Origin: Clostridium sp. CAG:451
GTDB lineage: Bacteria > Bacillota_I > Bacilli_A > RF39 > UBA660
Assembly: GCA_000438295.1 (NCBI GenBank)
Contig: FR901052.1
Span: forward strand, 1-62,571
Length of the DNA: 62,571 nucleotides
Direction: 5' to 3'
Shown piece after piece: positions 38,719 to 48,625 of this stretch. Both the position numbers and the translations under genes were made by a program. The notes under the pieces were generated by a model. That model was not told the DNA's origin. It made no database searches and was given only the letters and a program-made list of their open reading frames with translations. Every line of letters begins with the position of its first letter. Positions within the stretch are counted from its first letter, which is position 1.

Positions 38719-38746
38719 ATAATATTCTACTAAAAATTTTCGTCAA
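38719..38746 (-). promoter_or_regulatory. Sigma-A-type promoter of the orphan operon
   Basis: The minus strand reads TTGACG, a 16-nt spacer, then TATTAT. Confidence 0.5.
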
Positions 38747-38798
38747 TTCATTTGTTAAAACTATTATCTTATAATATTGCCATAATATGAATACTTGT

Positions 38799-39832
<1,034 letters not shown>

Positions 39833-39845
39833 TCAACTTCTTAAT

Positions 39846-39892
39846 ATAAAAAGGTGTCAAAAGTATTAATTGTTTAATACTACTGACACCTT
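39846..39892 (-). terminator. Long (19-nt arms) hairpin between the 70-aa ORF and the recombinase gene
   Basis: AAGGTGTCA-AA-AGTATTAA ... TTAATACT-AC-TGACACCTT (39851-39892), with a minus-strand T-run (39846-39850). Confidence 0.55.
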
Positions 39893-39898
39893 ATAATT

Positions 39899-40111
39899 TT
39901 ATCTTCTCTTTGCAGATTGCATTTGTTTTGAAATATAATCGTATTCACTCATTGATTTTTGATTTACATAAGTTATTTTATCATCATTATATTTTCTAGG
40001 TGAACCTGTCGTAATGACAGTTTGTCCAAAATCATTTTGATTATATCCACAAATTACTCTTTTATTTTGTAATTGTTTCTTTAATAGTAATAAGTATTTT
40101 TTTTCTGACAT
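39899..40111 (-). CDS. Hypothetical small protein
   Basis: 70-aa ORF with the strong SD AAGGGGG. Confidence 0.5.
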   Translation of the reverse strand: MSEKKYLLLLKKQLQNKRVICGYNQNDFGQTVITTGSPRKYNDDKITYVNQKSMSEYDYISKQMQSAKRR

Positions 40112-40172
40112 ATGAAATCCCCCTTAATTGATTTCATATTCTAACATAAAATGTATTAAGTGTCAATTTTTG

Positions 40173-40445
40173 TTAAATATTCTTTAAATAATTTTCTAAT
40201 TCAGATAATTTGATTTTATTATTTAAGTTTTCTATAAATATCTCATTAGAATAATTAAAAGTTAGGAAAGTTATACCATTAATTATAATTCTGTGTGGTT
40301 CTAGATATGTAAGACTAGTTTTATCTATCATTCTTAAATTACCATTAATAATTGTTGATTTAACCTTACAAAATTCACGTATAAACTCTAATCTCTTTCT
40401 TAATGATTCTTCCATTCTAACTTCTTGCTTGATAACATTAACCAT
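40173..40445 (-). CDS. Hypothetical small protein
   Basis: The ORF track's start (40493) runs into the direct repeat. The start is therefore set at the ATG at 40445 (90 aa). The SD is weak. Confidence 0.4.
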   Translation of the reverse strand: MVNVIKQEVRMEESLRKRLEFIREFCKVKSTIINGNLRMIDKTSLTYLEPHRIIINGITFLTFNYSNEIFIENLNNKIKLSELENYLKNI

Positions 40446-40490
40446 TTTAATCAATTCTTTCTTGGAACGACTTTTTTCTAAACAAAAAAA

Positions 40491-40567
40491 CAATCCTAAT
40501 TTAGAATTGATTGTCTATTTATTCTCAATACTTATAAAAGTTCGAGTATATTTTCTTATATGGTGCC
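40491..40567. repeat. Right direct repeat of the island (attR-like), abutting and overlapping the tRNA-Thr 3' end
   Basis: See the left repeat. 40560-40567 (ATGGTGCC) covers the CCA/acceptor end of tRNA-Thr plus one flanking nt (40560). Confidence 0.8.
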
Positions 40568-40634
40568 GGAAGTAAGAATTGAACTTACCGCTGATCCTTA
40601 CCAAGGATCTGTTTTACCACTAAACTATACCGGC
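40561..40634 (-). tRNA. tRNA-Thr (anticodon GGU)
   Basis: Hand-folded. Acceptor GCCGGUA/UUCCGGC (one U-U mismatch), D arm GUUU-AGUGGUA-AAAC, anticodon stem GAUCC/GGAUC with loop UUGGUAA, T arm GUAAG-UUCAAUU-CUUAC, encoded CCA. Confidence 0.85.
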
Positions 40635-40711
40635 ATACAACTAAATTTTAGCATATAACTTATTCAAATAGCAAGAAACTTTTTTTACTTTCTGTCATAT
40701 TATTTATTAAG

Positions 40712-41134
40712 GTGATATACTTGAGAAATTTAAAAATTTATTCTTACCCTAACCTTCCTATTAATAGACAAGGTATAATAAATAAGGATGGTGACTTTAT
40801 TTCATTTTATCCAATAGATAAAGAGACATTTTCTGAAAATAGTATTAAAGAATTTATGGAAGAGTTTTATAATATTGATATAAATAGTATTTTAGAAGAA
40901 AAAGAATTATATCAATTTAGACAAGGAGTTTATAATTATAAAGCTATACTTGTAGATTATTTAGAATATGCTATATATGAATCATACCTAAATAAAAGTC
41001 TTGCTGTTATTAAAGTACCAAGTAATGTAACAGAAGAACAAAAAAACACTCTTATTAAATTAGTAACTTTAAATAATAATGATATAGAATCACTAATACC
41101 AATCAAGGAAAAAGTTAAAGTTAAAAAATATTAA
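40712..41134 (+). CDS. Hypothetical protein
   Basis: 140-aa ORF. The start is ambiguous: GTG at 40712, or TTG at 40721, which sits 6 nt after the SD AAGGTG. Confidence 0.45.
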   Translation: MIYLRNLKIYSYPNLPINRQGIINKDGDFISFYPIDKETFSENSIKEFMEEFYNIDINSILEEKELYQFRQGVYNYKAILVDYLEYAIYESYLNKSLAVIKVPSNVTEEQKNTLIKLVTLNNNDIESLIPIKEKVKVKKY

Positions 41135-41164
41135 TATAATAACTAGTTATAGAAAGGAATAATT

Positions 41165-41812
41165 ATGTCAAAAGAAGAAAGAATACTTAACTATTACATG
41201 CTTTGTAATAAACTAAAGGATATTGTTAGAAGTGGCTGGAGAGTTTGGAATATCAAAAGAGAAAGGGTTGAAAGTATAGCTGAACACATCTATGGTGTTC
41301 AAATGCTTGCTATTGCCATGAAAAGTGAGTATCAGTACGATATAAGTTTAGAGAAAGTTATTTTAATGCTTGCTATTCATGAACTTGGTGAAACAGTAAT
41401 CGGTGATTTAACCCAGTTTGAAATTGATAGTAAAAGTAAAGAGATAATTGAACATAAAGCTGTTCATACTATCCTACTTGGATTAATTGATGGGGAAAAA
41501 CTAGAAGAGTTATTTTTAGAGTTTGATGCTAAAGAAACAAAAGAAGCTATTTTTGCCTATCAATGCGATAAATTAGAGTGTGATTTGCAAAGCAAACTTT
41601 ATGACGAAGAAAAATGTGTAGATCTTAACAATCAGCCAAATAACGAAGTCATTAATAATGAAAGAGTTAAAAAGCTATTAAATAATGGTGAATCTTTTTC
41701 AGAAATGTGGTTAAAGTTTGGACAAGAAACATATCCATATGATAAAAACTTTAGAAGTGTTTCTAATTATGCTCTTAAAAATAATATCAAAGTTAAAAAA
41801 CATCTACCTTAA
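41165..41812 (+). CDS. HD-domain phosphohydrolase (YfbR-like 5'-deoxynucleotidase family)
   Basis: ESIAEHIYGVQMLAI...LAIHELGETVIGD pattern. It has HE where the family usually has HD. Confidence 0.7.
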   Translation: MSKEERILNYYMLCNKLKDIVRSGWRVWNIKRERVESIAEHIYGVQMLAIAMKSEYQYDISLEKVILMLAIHELGETVIGDLTQFEIDSKSKEIIEHKAVHTILLGLIDGEKLEELFLEFDAKETKEAIFAYQCDKLECDLQSKLYDEEKCVDLNNQPNNEVINNERVKKLLNNGESFSEMWLKFGQETYPYDKNFRSVSNYALKNNIKVKKHLP

Positions 41813-41813
41813 T

Positions 41814-42683
41814 TTAGATGTTTTTATTATTTAAAATATTATCTAAAAATTTTTTAGGATTCATTTTTGAAACAACAACAATTCTTTTGAGTTGATTATC
41901 CATTAAATACTCAATTATTATTTCGTATTCAACGTTAAACTCTACCTTATCATAATTATTTGACAAAGTATTAAATAACATATTGAACCCATCATTTCCT
42001 AATGTTTGAACTATAGGATTACCACCAAACATAACGGCAGATAGCAATAAGCTTTTTGTTTCATTATCCTCTACTTCTTTATTTTTAATAGCAGTTCTTG
42101 CCCTAGACGTACAACTTATATTTTTTATTTTATTCTTCTGTATTTGAAAATTTTGATTACTATTATTAATCCTATATATCAAATTAATAGTATTTTCTTC
42201 TAAATTATTTGTTATTAAAACTTCACTGTCAAAAGGAATTTCTTTAACACCTAATACAAAGCTAGTAAAAAGAAACAAACTATCACCAAAATCATTACCG
42301 CTACTAGATAATTTTTCTATAGTTTCTTTTTTTTTATTATCGTTAATAAATAAAGAAAAAAGTAAAAAAACAGAAGAGCTTAAATATAGATAGAAATTAT
42401 TACTTATAGTAATATTAACATCTGTAATATTGTTAATCATTTGTTGAATTAAAAGGTAAGTCCAAGCATAAGTTAACAGTGCTAAAACTATTAATAAATT
42501 AGATTTCTTGTTCTTTAATATATTATAAATTGCAAAAACAATTATTACCAAATAAGCATAGAAGCTCTCAAAGGTAAGTAAATTAGCACTTCCTTTATTT
42601 GATACAACAATAGCTGCAGTTGAGGAGAACATTACAATAATAAAAGACAATAAAATAAAAATCAATTTTTTACTTTGTTTCAT
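41814..42683 (-). CDS. Membrane protein (about 4-5 TM) with a C-terminal soluble domain, unknown function
   Basis: 289-aa ORF with a hydrophobic N-terminal half. No recognised motif. Confidence 0.5.
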   Translation of the reverse strand: MKQSKKLIFILLSFIIVMFSSTAAIVVSNKGSANLLTFESFYAYLVIIVFAIYNILKNKKSNLLIVLALLTYAWTYLLIQQMINNITDVNITISNNFYLYLSSSVFLLFSLFINDNKKKETIEKLSSSGNDFGDSLFLFTSFVLGVKEIPFDSEVLITNNLEENTINLIYRINNSNQNFQIQKNKIKNISCTSRARTAIKNKEVEDNETKSLLLSAVMFGGNPIVQTLGNDGFNMLFNTLSNNYDKVEFNVEYEIIIEYLMDNQLKRIVVVSKMNPKKFLDNILNNKNI

Positions 42684-42762
42684 AATTAATCACTCCATAT
42701 TATAAGAATAGTATATAGTGAAACCACAAAATTAGCAATATAAAATAGCTTTATGCCTCTTA

Positions 42763-43455
42763 TTAAATTTTTTCTAACATACTAATTAAAAACTTAGCTA
42801 CTAATCTAGAACTACTTTCTAGAAATTCTTCATAAGTAATTCTATTATTGTTATTAGGAATATCTGATATGCTTCTAACTACTAGAAAAGGAATACCACT
42901 TAAATAAGCCACTTGAGCAATACTAGCCCCTTCCATATCGACACACAAAGCTTTAAACTTTTGATTAATTTTTTGACTCATTTTATCACTAGTACAAAAT
43001 ATATCACCACTAGCAATTACACCATTATGAAACCCTATATCAGTAAATTCTTTAGAAACCTCATTAGCTATTCTTAAAAGGTACTCATCACTATCAAGAT
43101 AAACACCAACATTAGGAATATAGCCTTTTGCATGATCAAAAGCTGTTATATCAAAATCATGTTGAACTAACTTTTCTCCTATTACAATATCACAGACTGC
43201 TAAAGACGAATCAACTCCTCCTGCTACTCCTACATTAATAATAGAATCAACCTTCATAACATCAATCATAATCTGACTACATCTAGCTGCATTAACCTTA
43301 CCCACCCCACATTCAACTAAGATACAAGTTATATCTTTAATAACTACTCTATAAAAAGTAAGATTAAAAATAGTAAATTCTTCTTCTATTTCTACTTGTT
43401 TTAAGACTTCGTCTAGTTCTTCCCTCATGGCAAATATCAAACCTACTCTATTCAT
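42763..43455 (-). CDS. mtnN: 5'-methylthioadenosine/S-adenosylhomocysteine nucleosidase
   Basis: VGLIFAMREE...GVGKVNAA...VDMEGASIAQV...VVRSISD motifs. Confidence 0.9.
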   Translation of the reverse strand: MNRVGLIFAMREELDEVLKQVEIEEEFTIFNLTFYRVVIKDITCILVECGVGKVNAARCSQIMIDVMKVDSIINVGVAGGVDSSLAVCDIVIGEKLVQHDFDITAFDHAKGYIPNVGVYLDSDEYLLRIANEVSKEFTDIGFHNGVIASGDIFCTSDKMSQKINQKFKALCVDMEGASIAQVAYLSGIPFLVVRSISDIPNNNNRITYEEFLESSSRLVAKFLISMLEKI

Positions 43456-43927
43456 TATTCACCTTTTCATTATTACTTTCTAAAATAATTGCTTCATAAA
43501 TAATATCTACTAAATAGTTACTAGCTTCTATTTGATATTTATTCATAATAGTATTAAATACATCATAATTATATTCTACTTCTAAGTATGGATACACTAA
43601 TTCCATCTTATTATTAAGACTAGCTAAATACTCTTTAGTATAGTCTTTTTCAATAAGCATAATTGGTAAATCACCATTCCATTTTTTAAACTCTGATAAT
43701 ATCAAATCAGGATTATCTGTATACTTAAAATTATCTTTATCATAACTAATCATTTCTAATAAATCTTTATTATTAACTAATTTTTCATCAACTCGGTAAT
43801 CAAACCTATCTATAAGTTTTATCCTATCTAGTTTTAAAGCCGATAGCTGAGCAATAATACCTTTCTTACTATCACTACTAGTAGGAATAACTTCTACTAT
43901 TATATATTTGTCTTTTAGTAAATTCAT
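43448..43927 (-). CDS. Hypothetical protein (faint DnaQ-like exonuclease-fold resemblance)
   Basis: 159-aa ORF overlapping the mtnN start by 8 nt. YIIVEVIPTS...QLSALKL is reminiscent of the exonuclease motif I region, but the catalytic residues are not evident. Confidence 0.4.
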   Translation of the reverse strand: MNLLKDKYIIVEVIPTSSDSKKGIIAQLSALKLDRIKLIDRFDYRVDEKLVNNKDLLEMISYDKDNFKYTDNPDLILSEFKKWNGDLPIMLIEKDYTKEYLASLNNKMELVYPYLEVEYNYDVFNTIMNKYQIEASNYLVDIIYEAIILESNNEKVNNE

Positions 43928-43953
43928 CTTATCCCCCTATAATTAAAATATTA

Positions 43954-44030
43954 TGGTGTTCATGATGGGAATCGAACCCATGACCTTTTCCTTCGGAGGG
44001 AAACGCTCTATCCAACTGAGCTACATGAAC
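43954..44030 (-). tRNA. tRNA-Arg (anticodon CCG)
   Basis: Hand-folded. Acceptor GUUCAUG/CAUGAAC, D arm GCUC-AGUUGGAUA-GAGC, anticodon stem UUUCC/GGAAA with loop CUCCGAA, T arm AUGGG-UUCGAUU-CCCAU, encoded CCA. Confidence 0.85.
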
Positions 44031-44134
44031 ATGACTTGATTGTACCAAATTTTTAAGAGAATGTAAATTAGTGTCTAATAATTTGACAAGTATCAACGAG
44101 ACTCATAAAATGATATTAGAAAGTAGGAATAAAT

Positions 44135-45919
44135 ATGTGTGGAATAATGGGAATTATAAATAAGAAAGGGAATGCTATTAAGAAAGTTATTGAAGGATTA
44201 GAGAAACTTGAATACCGTGGATATGATTCTTGTGGTATAGCTTTTCTTACTGATAATAAAATAGAAACTATAAAGACGAAAGGAAGAGTTAAAGACTTAA
44301 AAGAACTAATAGATACTGATACTAAATCAGATATTGCTATTGGGCATACTAGATGGGCAACCCATGGAGTAGCTTCTACTATTAATGCTCACCCCCATAC
44401 AGTAGGAGATATTACTATAGTACATAATGGTATTATTGAAAATTATCTAGAGTTAAAAGATATATTAAGTAGTAAGGGATATAGTTTTAAATCAACAACT
44501 GATACAGAGGTAGCTTGTGCTTTAATAGATTTTTATTACCAAGAGAATAAGGATATAAATAAAGCTATTACTAGTTTTATGGCTAAAGTAAAAGGAAGCT
44601 ATGCTATTGTCTTGTTATGTAAAGATATTAAAGATAAGATATTTGTCATAAAGAAAGATAGTCCCTTAGTTATTGGAGTAAATACTGATACTATCTTTAT
44701 TGCCAGTGATATTCCAACTATCTTAAGTGAATGTAGCGATTATTATTTACTAAATGATTTAGAATGGGCTTCAATTAGTAGTGGTAAAATAACTTTCTAT
44801 AATAATATAGGAAAAGAATTAATTAAAGAAAAACAAACGTTTAAAGATGGTAACTTTACTTATTCAAAAGATAAATATGATTACTTTATGTTAAAAGAAA
44901 TAATGGAGCAAAAAGATACCTTAAGTAATTTAATAAATTATTACTTAGAAGATAATAAATATCTAGATTTAATTGATATTAACAGATATAAAAAAATTGA
45001 TATAGTAGCTTGTGGTTCTGCTTATCATGCAGGATTAGTTGGTAAGTATTTGTTTGAAGAAGAAGCAAATGTTGAAACAGAAGTATATCTTGCTAGTGAG
45101 TATCGTTATAAGAAAAACTTTCTTGATGAAAATAGCTTAGTAATATTTATTTCTCAATCAGGAGAAACCGCTGATACTCTTGCTTGTCTTAAGAAGATTA
45201 AAGAAACTAAAGCTAAATCCTTAGGAATAATCAATGTTGAAAATAGTAGTATTAGTCTAGCAGTAGATGAAGTTATTTATACTAAGTCAGGCAGTGAAAT
45301 AGCAGTGGCTACTACTAAAGCTTACACATCTCAAATAGCAATACTAGTACTACTTACCCTATCTAGTTTAGTAAAACATAATAAGTCTTATGAAATAGAT
45401 AAGATAGTTAATGAATTAAAAAATATTAAATATGATGTTATAAAAGTGTTAGAAAATAAAGATAAGTATAAATCTATTGCAAAAAAAATAGTTGATAGTA
45501 AAAAGATATTCTTCTTAGGAAGAGGTCTTGACTATGCTATTATGAGAGAAGGAGACTTAAAGCTAAAAGAAATAACTTATCTATCATCAGAGTGTTATGC
45601 TGCTGGTGAATTAAAACACGGTCCTATATCTTTAATTGATAAAGATACTTTAGTAATAGCTGGTAATACTAATAAATTATTATATGAAAAGACAGAAAGC
45701 AATTTAAGTGAAGTAAGAGCAAGAGGTGCTAATATCATCTTAGTAACTAATAAAGGAGCAGATGATTCTAACACTATTATAATACCAGAAAGAAGTAGTT
45801 TTATAACTCCTATGCTAGAAGTAATTCCTCTACAATTAATCTCTTATTATACAGGACTACTTTTAGAAAGAGATATTGATAAGCCAAGAAATTTAGCAAA
45901 ATCTGTTACTGTTGAGTAA
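44135..45919 (+). CDS. glmS: Glutamine--fructose-6-phosphate aminotransferase
   Basis: The MCGIMG N-terminal nucleophile, two SIS domains, and C-terminal ...NLAKSVTVE. Confidence 0.97.
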   Translation: MCGIMGIINKKGNAIKKVIEGLEKLEYRGYDSCGIAFLTDNKIETIKTKGRVKDLKELIDTDTKSDIAIGHTRWATHGVASTINAHPHTVGDITIVHNGIIENYLELKDILSSKGYSFKSTTDTEVACALIDFYYQENKDINKAITSFMAKVKGSYAIVLLCKDIKDKIFVIKKDSPLVIGVNTDTIFIASDIPTILSECSDYYLLNDLEWASISSGKITFYNNIGKELIKEKQTFKDGNFTYSKDKYDYFMLKEIMEQKDTLSNLINYYLEDNKYLDLIDINRYKKIDIVACGSAYHAGLVGKYLFEEEANVETEVYLASEYRYKKNFLDENSLVIFISQSGETADTLACLKKIKETKAKSLGIINVENSSISLAVDEVIYTKSGSEIAVATTKAYTSQIAILVLLTLSSLVKHNKSYEIDKIVNELKNIKYDVIKVLENKDKYKSIAKKIVDSKKIFFLGRGLDYAIMREGDLKLKEITYLSSECYAAGELKHGPISLIDKDTLVIAGNTNKLLYEKTESNLSEVRARGANIILVTNKGADDSNTIIIPERSSFITPMLEVIPLQLISYYTGLLLERDIDKPRNLAKSVTVE

Positions 45920-45924
45920 AAATA

Positions 45925-45955
45925 CTTTTCTATTAAGACTATTTTGTGGTATAGT
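45925..45955 (+). promoter_or_regulatory. Candidate extended -10 promoter upstream of the micro-ORF/rnr
   Basis: TG-G-TATAGT at 45947-45955. The -35 is weak. Confidence 0.35.
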
Positions 45956-45976
45956 TTATTTAAGGGAGGTGTTAAT

Positions 45977-46024
45977 ATGGGTATAATTGTAAAAAAGCTT
46001 ATATTAACATCTTTTTGCTTTTAA
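45977..46024 (+). CDS. 15-aa micro-ORF (MGIIVKKLILTSFCF), possible leader peptide
   Basis: Strong SD AAGGGAGGTG 7 nt upstream of the ATG. The stop lies 1 nt before a terminator hairpin. Confidence 0.35.
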   Translation: MGIIVKKLILTSFCF

Positions 46025-46025
46025 G

Positions 46026-46053
46026 TGATGTAGGGTTTACTACGTCATTTTTT
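46026..46053 (+). terminator. Intrinsic terminator/attenuator immediately upstream of rnr
   Basis: TGATGTAG-GGTTTA-CTACGTCA with one G-U pair, followed by T6. It ends 22 nt before the rnr ATG. Confidence 0.6.
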
Positions 46054-46075
46054 ATTGTTAGAGGGAGTAAGAAGT

Positions 46076-48583
46076 ATGCAAAAAATTGATGATTTTAAAA
46101 GAAAAATAATGAGTGAGTTAGAGAAAGAAAACACTATAAGTTTTAAAAATTTGTATTCTAGAATGAATATTAATAGTTATCAAGAAAGAAGTAATTTTTT
46201 AGAAGCTTTATACCTTCTTCAAATTGAAGAAGATGTTTATAATCCTAAGAAGTATATTTATAAGAGTTTTCCCAAAGCTACTCATAGACTAGAACACGTT
46301 ACTAAAGGTGATAATGGTCTAATGCTTATGAATGGTAAGGTAAAAATTACTAGTGAAATGATTAAGTGTGATACCATTCTTGATAAGGATTTAGTAGTTG
46401 TTAATTTAACAGATAAAGAAAATCCCATTATTACAAAAGTAGTACAAAGAGATATTACTTCTTTTATAGATTATTTAATAAGAAAACTTGATAAGGAAGA
46501 ATTAACTTATCGACAAATAAAGAGAATGGCAGTAGCAAAAAATGCTAAATCTATTGAAGAGTTACATATTGCTCTAACAGAACTTGAGCGAAATGGTAAA
46601 ATTTTTCATGATAAAAACTCATATAAGAAGTGGCCTAAAGGTCTTACTCTAACAAAACTAGAATTAGATAGTAAAGGAAGAGCTTTCTTTAAAATTGATG
46701 ATAAAAAGATTTATCCTCTAGGTGATGAATTAAAAGGTGCTATCCAACAAGATATTTTAGCTGTTACTAGAAAAGGTAAACATATTGAGAAAATCATTTC
46801 TAGAAAGATGAGTCATGTAGTTTTAGAGGTGGTAGAAATTGAGGGAGTTAAACAATTAGAACCAGTACTACTTCCTTCTAAAGAAAAGATAAATGTTCGT
46901 ATTTCTTCTAAAGATATGAAGTCCCTTGCTCCAGGAGACAGAATCTTAGCTGATGTTTCCTTAACTAAAACTGATGAATACTATGAAGCAGATTTTATTG
47001 ATAAACTTGGTAGAATAGATGATCCTAACATTGATATTATTTCTATCGCTGCTAAATATGGCTTTGATATTAATTTTTCTCATGAAGCTATGGAAGAAGC
47101 AAATAATCTTCCTCAAGTTGTTTTAAAAAGTGAACTTACTAATCGTTATGACTTCAGTGATAGCCTTCTTACTTTTACAATTGATTGTGATGAAACAAAA
47201 GACATGGATGATGCTGTTAGTTTAACTAAAGAGGAAAATGGTCATTATATCTTAGGTGTACATATAGCTGATGTTTCTCATTATGTAAAAAGAAGTTCAG
47301 CTCTTGATAAAGAAGCATATGATCGTGGATTATCTACTTATCCTGCTAATACTGTTATACCTGCTCTACCCCATATCTTATCAAATGGTATTTGCTCACT
47401 TAATCCTAATACTAAAAGACTTACCAAAAGTATTATTATGGAACTTGATGAAAATGGAGAACTAATTAATTATAACTTAGTTAATTCTTGTATTACTTCT
47501 AGAAAGAAGATGGCTTATTCTAAAGTAAATAAACTTTTAGATGATGGTGAAATCGATGAAGATTATCTTCCTTATACTGATAATTTAAAGCTTATGAAAG
47601 AACTATCTGATAAATTAACTTCTATTAGAGAAAGAGAAGGTATGCTAACTTTTAGTGAAGAAGAAGTATCAATTATTGAAGATGATAAAGGTAATATTAT
47701 GGGAATAGAAAAGAAAGATAATGGTGAGGCTGGTAAGATAATTGAAAACTTTATGATTATGGCTAACTATTGTGCTGATTTATATCTTAACTTTACTATC
47801 GGTAGATCTATTCATAGAGTTCATGCTAATCCTGATCCTAAAAGATTAGAGCAAGCAAAGGATAAACTTACAAGTATTGGTATTGATTTACCAAAAGTAG
47901 AAAATATAGATACTTCTAGTTATTTACAAGTAATTTTAGATGAATATAAAGATAGTAGTGAATACCCCATTGTCTCAGAAATACTATTACAAGCCCTACC
48001 AAGAGCTATTTATTCACCTTATCCTTTAGGTCACTTTGGTTTAGGACTTAATTACTACTCCCATTTCACCTCTCCTATTAGAAGATACCCTGACTTAAAA
48101 GTTCAACAAATAATTGATTCTTATCTTACTAATGATTTAAAATCAATTGAAAGTGAAGAACAACTAGCAGAAATATGTGAACACTGTTCTTTTAAAGAAC
48201 AACAAGCCGATTTACTTGAAAAAGAAGTTGTTAAAGTAAAAATGATGGATTATGTTGATAGTCATAAAGAAAAAACATATTATGGAACGATAACAGGAAT
48301 CGATAATGAAAGAGCTTACTTGAACACAGTTACCCATATTCCTGGATATTTTGAATACGAGCAAGGTGATAATATTAGATTTATTAGATCAAGAAATTAT
48401 ATTAAAAATAAAGATGATGAGGTAGTATTAAAAATTGGTGACTTAGTAATGGTAGAAGGTATTGAAGCTAATCGAAAGGAACTACTTGCCCACTTTGCCT
48501 TTACAAAGAATTTAACTTTAGAACAACAAAACAAAAAAGGAGCTACTGCTTTAAAAGGACAATATGTTAAGAAGATTAACTAG
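46076..48583 (+). CDS. rnr: Ribonuclease R
   Basis: RNB domain (FTIDCDETKDMDDAVS, HIADVSHYV, HFGL...YSHFTSPIRRYPDL) and a C-terminal S1-like domain. The start is set at the ATG at 46076, which has the SD GAGGGAG. Confidence 0.93.
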   Translation: MQKIDDFKRKIMSELEKENTISFKNLYSRMNINSYQERSNFLEALYLLQIEEDVYNPKKYIYKSFPKATHRLEHVTKGDNGLMLMNGKVKITSEMIKCDTILDKDLVVVNLTDKENPIITKVVQRDITSFIDYLIRKLDKEELTYRQIKRMAVAKNAKSIEELHIALTELERNGKIFHDKNSYKKWPKGLTLTKLELDSKGRAFFKIDDKKIYPLGDELKGAIQQDILAVTRKGKHIEKIISRKMSHVVLEVVEIEGVKQLEPVLLPSKEKINVRISSKDMKSLAPGDRILADVSLTKTDEYYEADFIDKLGRIDDPNIDIISIAAKYGFDINFSHEAMEEANNLPQVVLKSELTNRYDFSDSLLTFTIDCDETKDMDDAVSLTKEENGHYILGVHIADVSHYVKRSSALDKEAYDRGLSTYPANTVIPALPHILSNGICSLNPNTKRLTKSIIMELDENGELINYNLVNSCITSRKKMAYSKVNKLLDDGEIDEDYLPYTDNLKLMKELSDKLTSIREREGMLTFSEEEVSIIEDDKGNIMGIEKKDNGEAGKIIENFMIMANYCADLYLNFTIGRSIHRVHANPDPKRLEQAKDKLTSIGIDLPKVENIDTSSYLQVILDEYKDSSEYPIVSEILLQALPRAIYSPYPLGHFGLGLNYYSHFTSPIRRYPDLKVQQIIDSYLTNDLKSIESEEQLAEICEHCSFKEQQADLLEKEVVKVKMMDYVDSHKEKTYYGTITGIDNERAYLNTVTHIPGYFEYEQGDNIRFIRSRNYIKNKDDEVVLKIGDLVMVEGIEANRKELLAHFAFTKNLTLEQQNKKGATALKGQYVKKIN

Positions 48584-48591
48584 ACAAAAAT

Positions 48592-48625
48592 AAAATGTAG
48601 GAGTCATCTACATTTTATTTTTTAT
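48592..48625 (+). terminator. rnr intrinsic terminator
   Basis: AAAATGTAG-N7-CTACATTTT followed by a T-rich run. Confidence 0.7.

Noticed and set aside
39899-40445. The two small ORFs (70 aa and about 90 aa) between tRNA-Thr and the recombinase, considered as anti-CRISPR candidates
   Set aside because: This is pure context-based speculation: small proteins on a mobile element in a Cas9 host. There is no HTH Aca-like partner, no similarity I recognise to known AcrIIA proteins, and no spacers are available to test for self-targeting.
44031-44134. glmS ribozyme upstream of glmS
   Set aside because: The intergenic region is only about 100 nt and AT-rich. I could not find the conserved core elements I remember, such as the GC-rich P1/P2 region or GACGAGG. 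I therefore consider it absent, though only a covariance-model scan would be decisive.
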